Shown here: one piece after another, positions 44,624-54,107 of the stretch
Numbering within the stretch: position 1 is the first letter of the stretch
How the letters are laid out: every line of letters begins with the position of its first letter
Assembly (NCBI GenBank): GCA_934100165.1
Contig: CAKOPN010000005.1
Span: 33,804 to 97,803 of the forward strand
Origin: an uncultured Bacilli bacterium
Lineage (GTDB): Bacteria > Bacillota_I > Bacilli_A > RF39 > UBA660
Direction of reading: 5' to 3'
DNA length: 64,000 bases
Notes under the pieces: generated by a model
Databases searched by the model: none
The model's input: only the letters and a program-made list of their open reading frames with translations
Told to the model about the DNA's origin: nothing
Translations under genes and position numbers: made by a program

Positions 44624-46108
44624 GTGTTTAAATTGGAAACAGAATTTGTTGAAAAAAAAGAATCTGAGGAAAAGAAAAAAATAAAACATACAAGAAAAAT
44701 AATCCCTAAGAAAATAGTATTCATTTCCATAATTGCTTTAGTTTTACTTTTTATAATTATATATTTATTACTAGTACCAAAAATTTCATTAAATGGAAGT
44801 AAAAAGATGACCATAGAATATGGAGAGTCTTTTGAAGAACCAGGTTTTAAAGCAACGTATCTTGGAAAAAACATTACTGATAAGGCTTGGATAGAAGGAA
44901 CTGTCGATGATAAAGTACTTGGAGAATATAAATTAAAATACAAAGTAAGAAAAAATAAAATAACTATAACAAAGGAAAGAACAGTGAAAATAGTAGATAC
45001 AGTTAAACCTGTTATTACCCTAAATGGTGAGCAAGATACAAAAATTTGTCCAAATACTATATACAAAGAAGAAGGATATACAGCAGTAGATAATTATGAT
45101 GGTGATATAACTAAGAACGTTAAAGTTACGAGAAAAGAAGACCAAATGATTTACACTGTATCAGATAGTAGTAATAATAAGGAAACTGTTATAAGAACAA
45201 TAGAAAAGAAAGATGTTAATGCCCCTGTAATTACTCTTAAAGGCGGAGAAAACTATTACGTTACACAAAATGGCAAATATAAAGATCCAGGATACACTGC
45301 AGAAGATGAATGTGAAGGTGATTTAACTTCTAGAGTAACTGTAAAAGGAACTGTTAACACTAAAGAAGTTGGAACATATGAACTTGAATATTCTGTAGAA
45401 GATTCTATGAAGAATAAAGCAGTTGTTAAAAGAACCGTTTATGTGACAAAAGAAATTGCTACAGCAGATCCAATAAAAGGCACAATATATTTAACTTTTG
45501 ATGATGGACCTAGCGCAACAATAACACCAAAGGTGCTAAAAATATTAAAAGAAAAAAATGTAAAAGCAACTTTCTTTGTAATAAATCATTCAGACAACTT
45601 AAATTATTTAATAAAACAAGAATATGACGAAGGACATACAGTAGCACTTCACAGTATGACTCACAATTACAGCAAGGTTTACTCATCTGTTGATGCCTAC
45701 TTCAAAGATTTAGAGGCAATAAGAGATAAAGTGCAAAGTATAACTGGAGAAAGCCCAACAATAATAAGATTCCCAGGAGGAAGCAGCAATACTGTAAGCA
45801 GACATTATTCTAAAGGAATCATGAAAACTTTGACAAGAGAAGTAATCAATAAAGGATATCATTACTTTGATTGGAATGTATCAAGTGGAGATGCAGGGGA
45901 AGCTAAAACAAGCAGTGATGTTTATAGAAATGTAACGAAAGGTTTGAGTAAATCAAGAGCAAATGTCATTTTAATGCATGATTTTGAAAGTAATTATAAA
46001 ACTTTGAATGCTTTAAGTGATATAATAGATTATGGAAAAGCAAATGGTTATGAATTTTTAGCTATAGATATGTCTACGGCAATGGTTAGACATTCAGTTA
46101 ATAATTAG
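44624..46108 (+). CDS. Membrane-anchored polysaccharide deacetylase (NodB homology domain) with Ig-like repeats
   Basis: About 490 aa. An N-terminal TM is followed by two Ig-like repeats (GYTAVDNYDGDITKNV and GYTAEDECEGDLTSRV), then the NodB catalytic domain (TFDDGP, HSMTHNY, FPGGSSN motifs). The start could be GTG at 44624 or TTG at 44633. Confidence 0.8.
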   Translation: MFKLETEFVEKKESEEKKKIKHTRKIIPKKIVFISIIALVLLFIIIYLLLVPKISLNGSKKMTIEYGESFEEPGFKATYLGKNITDKAWIEGTVDDKVLGEYKLKYKVRKNKITITKERTVKIVDTVKPVITLNGEQDTKICPNTIYKEEGYTAVDNYDGDITKNVKVTRKEDQMIYTVSDSSNNKETVIRTIEKKDVNAPVITLKGGENYYVTQNGKYKDPGYTAEDECEGDLTSRVTVKGTVNTKEVGTYELEYSVEDSMKNKAVVKRTVYVTKEIATADPIKGTIYLTFDDGPSATITPKVLKILKEKNVKATFFVINHSDNLNYLIKQEYDEGHTVALHSMTHNYSKVYSSVDAYFKDLEAIRDKVQSITGESPTIIRFPGGSSNTVSRHYSKGIMKTLTREVINKGYHYFDWNVSSGDAGEAKTSSDVYRNVTKGLSKSRANVILMHDFESNYKTLNALSDIIDYGKANGYEFLAIDMSTAMVRHSVNN

Positions 46109-46120
46109 GAAGGAGTATTT

Positions 46121-47587
46121 ATGAAAAAAGTAAAATTATATTTATCTTTATTTATATTTGCCGTGCTGTTATCACCGTATATAGTACTAGCAGAAGACAC
46201 AACCAATTCCTTAGATGGACCAGAGTTAACTAGTCAGTCTGAGACAATATCATACGATATTAAGATAAATGCTCAAACAGCAATAGATGGTTATGAAGCA
46301 GCTTTAACGTATGAAACATCAAGCTTTGAACTAATAGGTATCGAATCAAAAAATGAATGGAAGGGAAATAACAAATTAACAACAGATAGTCCAATTAAAT
46401 TAGTGTTTAACCGTGAAAATGAATATACTGGAGAAATAGTGGTAGCAACTCTTAGATTTAAAGTAAAAGAAGATGCAAGCAAAACAGATACAATTTTCAC
46501 ACTAGAAGGACTAGTAAAATCAGGTAATGTTGCTACAAATTTAGCAAAAGTAACAAAAAATGTTGCTATCAAATCAAATGATAACTATTTGAAAGACTTA
46601 AAACTAAACGGAAAGAGTGTAACTAACTTTTCTAAAGATACTTACACATATTCTGTACAAATGCCATCAATTACTGCAACTGTCGCAATTGATGCAGTGT
46701 TAAATGATCAAACAGCAAGTTTTACCGATAAATATGGTTCTAGAAGTGAATCTTTAGCGTATGGGGAAAATATTTTTGAAATCAAAGTTTTATCAGCATC
46801 AGGTAGAGAAAGAAAGTATGTTATAAATATCACAAGGGAAGATAATAGAGGAACCAATAACGACTTAAAAAATATTATAATTAACTCAAACAAAGTAAAA
46901 ATAAATTTTGACAGTGCTACAACATTGTACACAATTAAAACATATAAATTAGATAAAATAGATGTAGCAGCAGAAGCAACTGACCCAAAAGCAACTGTAA
47001 AAATAGATAAACCAGAAAAGTTTGAAATAGGAGAAAACAAAGTAACCATAACAGTTACAAGTGAAGATGGAAAAGACAAAGTATATACCTTAATATTTAA
47101 CAACGTAGATTATGACATAGACACCTCACTAAAAAACATAGAAATATTTGGCCTTGATGAAGATTTTAACTTTGATCCAAAAGTTTTTGATTATGAAATA
47201 AGATATAAAGCAAAATATAAAGATACATTAGTAATAAAAGCAGAAAAAAATACTACTGATGAAGAAGTACAAATTGATGAACCACTACTTGAAGCAACAT
47301 CTAAAGATATAAAAAGTGGATCAGTTGTAAAAATAAGAGTGTATTCATTAGATGGTACAGAAAGCATGTACACTGTAACATTTGTAAAAGATAATAGAAT
47401 AAATTTCTTCCTATTACTAGGACTTGCAATTTTTCTAGTTTTGCTTATAATATTCATTAGACTTTTTATAAACAAAAACAAGGAAAAAAAGCAAAAAGAA
47501 ACTAAAAAGCCTACAACATCTAAAAATGAAAAGAACCAAGAAGATTTAGAGAAAACAAAAAGACTAGAAAAAGTTGTAAAACAATAA
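46121..47587 (+). CDS. Cell-surface protein with cohesin-like and cadherin-like beta-sandwich repeats and a C-terminal TM anchor
   Basis: 488 aa. Signal peptide MKKVKLYLSLFIFAVLLSPYIVLA, repeated ~90-aa beta-rich modules, a C-terminal TM (FFLLLGLAIFLVLLIIFI) and a Lys-rich cytoplasmic tail. Confidence 0.55.
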   Translation: MKKVKLYLSLFIFAVLLSPYIVLAEDTTNSLDGPELTSQSETISYDIKINAQTAIDGYEAALTYETSSFELIGIESKNEWKGNNKLTTDSPIKLVFNRENEYTGEIVVATLRFKVKEDASKTDTIFTLEGLVKSGNVATNLAKVTKNVAIKSNDNYLKDLKLNGKSVTNFSKDTYTYSVQMPSITATVAIDAVLNDQTASFTDKYGSRSESLAYGENIFEIKVLSASGRERKYVINITREDNRGTNNDLKNIIINSNKVKINFDSATTLYTIKTYKLDKIDVAAEATDPKATVKIDKPEKFEIGENKVTITVTSEDGKDKVYTLIFNNVDYDIDTSLKNIEIFGLDEDFNFDPKVFDYEIRYKAKYKDTLVIKAEKNTTDEEVQIDEPLLEATSKDIKSGSVVKIRVYSLDGTESMYTVTFVKDNRINFFLLLGLAIFLVLLIIFIRLFINKNKEKKQKETKKPTTSKNEKNQEDLEKTKRLEKVVKQ

Positions 47588-47599
47588 AAGGGGAACAAG

Positions 47600-48121
47600 A
47601 TGCGAAATTATATTCCAAAGATGTATAAAAAAAGTGTATTAGATGTAAACTATGAAAAGCTGAAGGAAAAAAATATTAAATATCTTTTATTTGACTTAGA
47701 CAATACAATTCTTGAAATAGGAAAAGACATTCCGAAAAAAGAAATATGTACTCTGATTAAAAATTTGAAAAAAGATTTTAACATTTACATAATATCTAAC
47801 AATAGCAGTAAAAAAAGGCTTGATAAAGTGTCACAGTGTTTACAAATACCATACATACATTTCGCTATGAAGCCCTTTTCTTTTGGCATTAAAAGAATAA
47901 TTAGAAAACATAATTTAAATAAAAGTGATGTTTGCTTGATTGGCGATCAAATCATGACTGATATCTTGGGTGGAAACAGATTTGGCATATACACTGTTTT
48001 AGTAGAACCAATTGGAGAAAAAGATTTAAAAGTAACATCACTAAATAGATTCCTTGAAAAAAGAAAACTTAAAAAGTTAGAAGAAATGAAACTGTTTAAA
48101 AAAGGTGAATTTTATGAATGA
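47600..48121 (+). CDS. yqeG: YqeG-family HAD-superfamily phosphatase
   Basis: 173 aa. HAD motif I LLFDLDNTI and YqeG-family conservation. It is followed by yqeH as in Bacillus. Confidence 0.85.
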   Translation: MRNYIPKMYKKSVLDVNYEKLKEKNIKYLLFDLDNTILEIGKDIPKKEICTLIKNLKKDFNIYIISNNSSKKRLDKVSQCLQIPYIHFAMKPFSFGIKRIIRKHNLNKSDVCLIGDQIMTDILGGNRFGIYTVLVEPIGEKDLKVTSLNRFLEKRKLKKLEEMKLFKKGEFYE

Positions 48122-49121
48122 AGATAAATATTGTTTGGGTTGTGGTGTAAAACTACAAGACTCTAATATGTTATTTGAAGGATATACAGCAGATCTTTCT
48201 AATGATATTTGCTCGAGATGTTTTAGACTTAAAAATTATGGAGAATATCAAGTATCTGCTAAGTCAAATGATGAATATATTGATATTTTAAAAAGTGTAA
48301 ATGATACTAAAGACTTAGTTTTATATGTAATAGATTTACTAAATATTGAAAAAGATATAACAATGATTAGAAATTATATATCTAATAGAATTATCTTAGT
48401 ATTAACTAAAAGAGATATATTACCTAAAAGTATTAAAGATGAAAATATTAAAGAATATTTTTCTCATCTAGGACTTGAATATCAAGATTTAATCGTTATA
48501 AGCCCTAAAAAGAATCACAATATTGATGAATTACTAAGAATAATAAAACTTAATAAATCAAGCAAAAATGTTTATGTAGTAGGGCATACTAACGTTGGTA
48601 AGAGTACGTTAATTAAAACGCTTATGAAGAATTATTCTAATGAAACGTGTGATCTTACAATATCACCACTTCCATCTACAACATTAAATAAAATAAGTAT
48701 AAAACTAGATGATGATTTAACTCTTATTGATACGCCAGGACTTATAGATAGAGGTAGTATTGTTCATTATGTTGACTTATCTTACTTAAAAAAGATAAAT
48801 CCTAAAAAGGAAATTAAACCAAAAACATATCAGGTTAAACCAAACCAAAGTTTAATTATTCCAGAGTTGGTAAGAATAGATTATATTGAAGGAGAAAAAA
48901 ATAGCTTTACATTTTTTGTGTCAAATGACTTAAAAGTTAAAAAATATATTAGTAAACGTCATAATGAGTTAAAAGAACTAATAAAAAGAACTTTTGAAGT
49001 AGGATACCATCAAGATTTAGTCATAAATGGCATGGGCTTTGTTAAAATAACAAATAAAGCAACTATTGATGTATATGTAGATAAAAATGTAGAAATATTT
49101 GTAAGAGACTCTTTAATATAG
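48105..49121 (+). CDS. yqeH: Ribosome biogenesis GTPase YqeH
   Basis: 338 aa. N-terminal Zn-ribbon CLGCGVKLQ...CSRC and a circularly permuted GTPase with G1 motif GHTNVGKST. Confidence 0.85.
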   Translation: MNFMNEDKYCLGCGVKLQDSNMLFEGYTADLSNDICSRCFRLKNYGEYQVSAKSNDEYIDILKSVNDTKDLVLYVIDLLNIEKDITMIRNYISNRIILVLTKRDILPKSIKDENIKEYFSHLGLEYQDLIVISPKKNHNIDELLRIIKLNKSSKNVYVVGHTNVGKSTLIKTLMKNYSNETCDLTISPLPSTTLNKISIKLDDDLTLIDTPGLIDRGSIVHYVDLSYLKKINPKKEIKPKTYQVKPNQSLIIPELVRIDYIEGEKNSFTFFVSNDLKVKKYISKRHNELKELIKRTFEVGYHQDLVINGMGFVKITNKATIDVYVDKNVEIFVRDSLI

Positions 49122-49161
49122 TCTTTTTTTGTAAAATTATTGTAAATCACATAACAAAAAA

Positions 49162-49190
49162 TTGAACATCTTTTTGTTTGTTGCTATAAT
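49162..49190 (+). promoter_or_regulatory. sigma-A-type promoter TTGAAC-17 nt-TATAAT upstream of the alpha/beta hydrolase gene
   Basis: -35 at 49162-49167, 17-nt spacer, consensus -10 at 49185-49190. The track ORF starting at 49162 begins at the -35 TTG and is an over-extension. Confidence 0.5.
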
Positions 49191-49206
49191 TATTATGGGT
49201 GTAAAT

Positions 49207-49929
49207 ATGACAATAAAAGTTAAAAACTTGGATATAAATTACATACAATATGGTAAGGGCAAAGATATAGTCTTACTTCATGGTTGGGGTCAAAATATTG
49301 AAATGATGGACCCAATAGGTAAAAGATTAGAAAAAAATCACAGAATTACAATAATAGATTTACCTGGTCATGGACAAAGCAGCACTCCAGAAAGTGCTAT
49401 CACTATATATGATTATGCAGATATTGTAAAAGAAGTATTAAAAGAACTGGAAATTGATAAACCATCTATTGTAGGTCATTCCTTCGGTGGAAGAGTAGCA
49501 ATCGTCTATGCATCACGTTATGAAACGGAAAAACTAGTGTTACTAGGAGCTCCATGTATAAGAAGACCACAAAAAGATAGTGCAAAAGTAAAAATTTTAA
49601 AAGCACTAAAAAAAGTTCCAATACTTAAAAACTTTGAATCATTTGCCAAGAAACATATTGGATCAAGAGATTACAAAAATGCAAGCCCTGTTATGAGAGA
49701 AATCTTAGTTAAAACTGTAAATGAAGACTTAAGTGAATGTGCTAAGAAAATCAAATGCCCAACACTTCTAATTTGGGGAGAAAATGATACAGAAGCACCA
49801 ATTGAAGATGCTAGAGAACTAGAAAAAATTATGAAAGATGCTGCACTTATCACTTATGAAAATGGTACACATTATACTTATTTAGAGTATTTATTACCAG
49901 TAACAAGGGTAATAGATAAATTTATTTAG
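49207..49929 (+). CDS. Alpha/beta-fold hydrolase
   Basis: About 240 aa from the ATG at 49207. HGWGQN oxyanion region, nucleophile elbow GHSFGG and C-terminal His. Confidence 0.8.
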   Translation: MTIKVKNLDINYIQYGKGKDIVLLHGWGQNIEMMDPIGKRLEKNHRITIIDLPGHGQSSTPESAITIYDYADIVKEVLKELEIDKPSIVGHSFGGRVAIVYASRYETEKLVLLGAPCIRRPQKDSAKVKILKALKKVPILKNFESFAKKHIGSRDYKNASPVMREILVKTVNEDLSECAKKIKCPTLLIWGENDTEAPIEDARELEKIMKDAALITYENGTHYTYLEYLLPVTRVIDKFI

Positions 49930-49945
49930 AAAGAAGGATAATATT

Positions 49946-51559
49946 ATGTTGTTAGTCTCTTTACTTTTCATTATAATGTTAATCTACGTTATAAGTACGT
50001 TAAAGAAATCGCTTCACATGATACAACAAAATCTATATAACGAAAACAATAGATATTTAAAATGGATAGTAAAAAATTATAAAATAAGCTTAGTTAATCT
50101 AAACCTATATGGAATATTATTTTCAGTATTTCTATTCTTTTCAGTATCTGCCTTATTAGATAATTTCTTTCTACTTATTTTAATGTCAGTATACACTGTT
50201 AGTTATTTTATTGATAAAGAGAAAAGAAAACAAGATCAAAACAAGAAGCCGCTTGTGTTTACTAAAAGGGTAAGAAGACTTAGTATTACTATAGCAATTA
50301 TATATTTAATACCAGTTGTTATATATTTCATTGATCAAAATACAAGAAATGTAATCTTACTTATATTAGCAATCTTAACAAGCTTAAATTATTTTGTAGT
50401 ATATCTTGCAAACGTAATAAATCATCCGATAGAAAAAATGATATATCACCATTTCGAAAAAATGGCTAAAGACAAACTTCATTCAATGAAAAATTTAAAA
50501 ATAATAGGAATTACAGGAAGTTATGGTAAAACAAGTAGCAAAAATATTCTTAATGATATTTTAAGTGTTAAATACAACACATTACCAACTCCAAAGAGTA
50601 TAAATACATTTAACGGACTAATGATTACAATAAATAACAAGTTATCAAAATTTGATGAAGTATTTATAGCAGAAATGGGAGCATACGTAAAAGGTGAAAT
50701 AAATGGACTATGCCATCTTGTAGAGCCAAAATATGGAATTATAACTTCTATAGGAACAGCACATTTAGATACATTTGGTAGTGAAAAAAATATTCAAGAA
50801 GGGAAAATGGAACTAATTGAATTTTTACCAAGTGATGGTGTAGGAGTTCTAAATAAAGATGACATTAAACAAAGAGAATACAAAATCAAAAAGAAAGATC
50901 ACTGCAAGATTTTATGGATAGGAATAGATAGCGATGACGTTGATGTAAAAGCTAGTGATATAAAATGTAGCTACAAAGGGACAACATTTGAAGCTTTCTT
51001 TAAAAAGGAAAATAAAAAGTATAAATTTGAAACAAAGCTTTTAGGGAAACATAATGTTTATAATATTTTAGCAGGTCTTGCTCTTGGGTATGAGTTTGGT
51101 ATTCCGATAAAAGATTTACAAATGGCTGTAAAGAAAGTAAAACCAGTTGAACATCGTCTAGAAATAAAACGTCTTGGTAATTTCTATCAAATTGATGATG
51201 CATATAATTCTAACCCAGTTGGAGCCAAAAGTGCTCTTGATGTTTTGGATTTAATGGAAGGAAATAAAGTTGTAGTAACACCTGGTATGGTAGAGTTAGG
51301 TCCGAAGGAAAAAGAATTAAATCGTGAATTTGGAAGACAAATAAGTAAGGTTGCGGACAAAGTAATCTTAATTGGAGAAAAAAGAACAAAACCAATTTTA
51401 GAAGGTTTGAAAGATAATAAATATAAAGATAGTGACATATATGTATTAAATGATGTTAGAGAAGCATATCCCTTACTAAGTAAATTAAAAGGAAAAGATG
51501 ATTTATATGCACTCTTTGAAAATGATTTACCAGATACATATACGGAAATAGGAGGATAG
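49946..51559 (+). CDS. murF: UDP-MurNAc-tripeptide--D-Ala-D-Ala ligase (MurF) with an atypical N-terminal multi-TM extension
   Basis: 537 aa. A Mur ligase core (GITGSYGKTS, EMGAY, SIGTAHLDTFGS) is preceded by ~170 aa containing ~4 hydrophobic helices, where the usual soluble N-domain would be. AGAAGGA RBS 7 nt upstream of the ATG at 49946. Confidence 0.75.
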   Translation: MLLVSLLFIIMLIYVISTLKKSLHMIQQNLYNENNRYLKWIVKNYKISLVNLNLYGILFSVFLFFSVSALLDNFFLLILMSVYTVSYFIDKEKRKQDQNKKPLVFTKRVRRLSITIAIIYLIPVVIYFIDQNTRNVILLILAILTSLNYFVVYLANVINHPIEKMIYHHFEKMAKDKLHSMKNLKIIGITGSYGKTSSKNILNDILSVKYNTLPTPKSINTFNGLMITINNKLSKFDEVFIAEMGAYVKGEINGLCHLVEPKYGIITSIGTAHLDTFGSEKNIQEGKMELIEFLPSDGVGVLNKDDIKQREYKIKKKDHCKILWIGIDSDDVDVKASDIKCSYKGTTFEAFFKKENKKYKFETKLLGKHNVYNILAGLALGYEFGIPIKDLQMAVKKVKPVEHRLEIKRLGNFYQIDDAYNSNPVGAKSALDVLDLMEGNKVVVTPGMVELGPKEKELNREFGRQISKVADKVILIGEKRTKPILEGLKDNKYKDSDIYVLNDVREAYPLLSKLKGKDDLYALFENDLPDTYTEIGG

Positions 51560-51560
51560 T

Positions 51561-52745
51561 ATGATAAAAGTTGGTGTTATTTTTGGAGGAGAATCTGTAG
51601 AACATGAGGTAAGTATAATTTCTGCAGTTCAAGCAATGAATAAGATGGATAATGATAAATATGATATCATTCCAATATATATAGCAAAAAATGGTGAGTG
51701 GTATACAGGAGCACCATTAAGAGAAATTGATACATACAAAGATATGGAACTTTTAAAAAGATATACAAAAAATGTAGTACTTTATAAAAAAGACAATAGA
51801 TTTGTATTACAAAGTAAAGGAATCTTTAAAAAGGTTGTAAATGATGTTGATATCATTTTCCCAGTTGTTCATGGAACAAGTGTAGAAGATGGTGTTTTAC
51901 AAGGATATCTTAGAACAATAGGCGTTCCTTTTGTAGGTAGTGATGTAACTGCTAGTGCCGTAGCACAAGATAAAATAATACAAAAACAAGTATTTACTTG
52001 TGAAAGCTTGCCAGTTGCTAACTACGTATGGTTTTATGACTGCGAGTATAATGATGATAGTGAAGAGGTAATCAAGAAAGTAGAAAAGAATCTTGATTAT
52101 CCAGTGATAGTAAAACCTGCAACTCTTGGTAGTAGTGTTGGTATATCATCAGCAGATAATAAACAAGAACTTATTAAAGCAATTGAAGATGCTATAAACT
52201 ATGACTCAAAAGTAGTAGTAGAAGAAAAAGTTCAAAACTTAGTGGAAGTAAACATAAGTGTACTTGGTAATTACGAGTCACAATCATTAAGTGAAATAGA
52301 AGAAGTAATAACTGAACATAGTTTATTAACTTATGAAGATAAATACATAAATGGTGGTAAGAAACTAGGCAAGAGTGGAATGGCTAGTGCTAGTAGAATA
52401 ATTCCTGCTGAAATCGATGAAAAGTTAAAAGAAGAAGTAAGAGATATTGCTATCCACGCATTTAAAGCAGTTGGATTAAGCGGAGATGTTCGAATAGATT
52501 TCTTAATAGATAATAAAAAGAAAAAAGTTTATATAAACGAAATAAATCCATGTCCTGGATCTTTAGCGTTCTACTTATGGGAACCAACAGGTAAAAGCTT
52601 TACAACACTTCTTGATGATATGATAACAATAGGAGTTAAAGATTACAAAAGACGTGTTAATAAAGTTCATAGCTTTACAACAAATATCTTAAGTGGTTAC
52701 GGTGGACTTAAGGGTGCAAAAGGATTAAAGGGAAAACTAAAATAA
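51561..52745 (+). CDS. ddl: D-alanine--D-alanine ligase
   Basis: 394 aa. N-terminal GGESVEHEVSIISA, ATP-grasp motifs and a C-terminal LG...EINPCPG motif. Confidence 0.9.
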   Translation: MIKVGVIFGGESVEHEVSIISAVQAMNKMDNDKYDIIPIYIAKNGEWYTGAPLREIDTYKDMELLKRYTKNVVLYKKDNRFVLQSKGIFKKVVNDVDIIFPVVHGTSVEDGVLQGYLRTIGVPFVGSDVTASAVAQDKIIQKQVFTCESLPVANYVWFYDCEYNDDSEEVIKKVEKNLDYPVIVKPATLGSSVGISSADNKQELIKAIEDAINYDSKVVVEEKVQNLVEVNISVLGNYESQSLSEIEEVITEHSLLTYEDKYINGGKKLGKSGMASASRIIPAEIDEKLKEEVRDIAIHAFKAVGLSGDVRIDFLIDNKKKKVYINEINPCPGSLAFYLWEPTGKSFTTLLDDMITIGVKDYKRRVNKVHSFTTNILSGYGGLKGAKGLKGKLK

Positions 52746-52769
52746 ATTAAAACGATAGAGGGTGGTTAA

Positions 52770-53909
52770 ATGTTAGATCTTTTTGAAAATAGTGAAAATA
52801 AAGTACTTAACTATTTCAATGTTCAAAATCTTTCATTTGATCATCCTTTAACATCTTCCGAAATAGAAGAGTTCAAAACAATAATCTTTTCTATAAATGA
52901 TTTAACACAAATATATTTTAAAGGAACTATTGATTTAAAAAGCATTGAAATAATTAAAAACTTACTTTTAATAAGTGGTTTTATCGATGATTCTATGATA
53001 GAAAAATGTGTAGCAGTCATTTTACCAAAAGATGATATGAACAAGCTTCTTAATAGTACTTATAAAAATCCTGAAACATGGAAGATTGCATACAATGTAG
53101 AAAATAATAATTATGTGTTAACGTCTATTCCAAAATGTAGGAAGTTCTTTACTTATATAAATAGGATAAAATATATAAGAGAAAATGAAAAACTTAGTGA
53201 CTTTGAAACTGTTTTAAGAATTTATGATATTGTAAAGCTTTATGATTTTGATAATGAAGAAAAAAATAGTAATTTGTCTGACATTGTAGAGAAGGGTAAA
53301 GCCTCATCACTTGGTTTTAATAAACTCTTTGCATACATTTTAAATGGATTAAATTTTAAGACTTTTGTTGGAAAAGAAAAATCTCAAGATGGGAAATATT
53401 CTTACATAACAGCAGTACTTATAAATGATGAAAAATATGCTGTTCATGGTATATATTTATTTGATCCATCAATGGATTCTCTTCCTAAAGATATTTATAA
53501 AAATGATGATATTAGAATGATAAATTATAATTACTTTGGTCTTCTTTTCTCAGGAATAGAAAACACGTCTTATAATGATAGATTATCTGGCGTATTTGGT
53601 ATTCTAGCATGTGATGATTTTGATTATGGTCTTGAAAGAAGAGAAGATGAAAGAAATGTTTCTATGCAAAAAGAATTCTCTTCAATAGAAAAAGCATTTG
53701 GAATGTCTTATATGAAATTATATTCTAAAGTAAAGAAAACAAAATCCTTAAGTTTTGACAAGATAGAAGAAGCTGTAAATAATGTTTACGGTGAAGAAAG
53801 AAATGTAAAAAATTATTATGATTTGATAAAAGAAAACTATTTTTCTAGAAAAAATGAATTGTTCATACCAACAACAGAGGAGACTTTAGAAGAATTATTA
53901 AGTAATTAA
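52770..53909 (+). CDS. Hypothetical protein, possibly a transglutaminase-like fold with substituted catalytic Cys
   Basis: 379 aa. The segment GFNKLFAYILNGLNFKTFVG...YAVHGIYLFDPSMD resembles the Cys-His-Asp core of transglutaminase-like cysteine proteases (GxCxxFA...HAWxEVY...D), but the Cys position appears to be Asn. Alignment is by eye. Confidence 0.3.
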   Translation: MLDLFENSENKVLNYFNVQNLSFDHPLTSSEIEEFKTIIFSINDLTQIYFKGTIDLKSIEIIKNLLLISGFIDDSMIEKCVAVILPKDDMNKLLNSTYKNPETWKIAYNVENNNYVLTSIPKCRKFFTYINRIKYIRENEKLSDFETVLRIYDIVKLYDFDNEEKNSNLSDIVEKGKASSLGFNKLFAYILNGLNFKTFVGKEKSQDGKYSYITAVLINDEKYAVHGIYLFDPSMDSLPKDIYKNDDIRMINYNYFGLLFSGIENTSYNDRLSGVFGILACDDFDYGLERREDERNVSMQKEFSSIEKAFGMSYMKLYSKVKKTKSLSFDKIEEAVNNVYGEERNVKNYYDLIKENYFSRKNELFIPTTEETLEELLSN

Positions 53910-54107
53910 AAGATAGTTATGTTTTAAATCACAAATACCAAGAACATGGTACTTGTGATTTTTTGTATAAAATTTCATTTTTATGTAGGAATATTACAAA
54001 TAAATAGCAATAATATAAAGTGTAGACATTTACATCTACACATTAAAATAAGCATTGACAAAGAAAATAAAAATTAGTATATATATTTGTAGGAAAGAAG
54101 TGGGAAT

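Noticed and set aside
44551-45066. 171-aa - strand ORF overlapping the start of the polysaccharide deacetylase gene
   Set aside because: It overlaps antisense to a gene with clear NodB and Ig-like domains. Its hydrophobic, low-complexity translation is characteristic of an antisense reading of an AT-rich gene.
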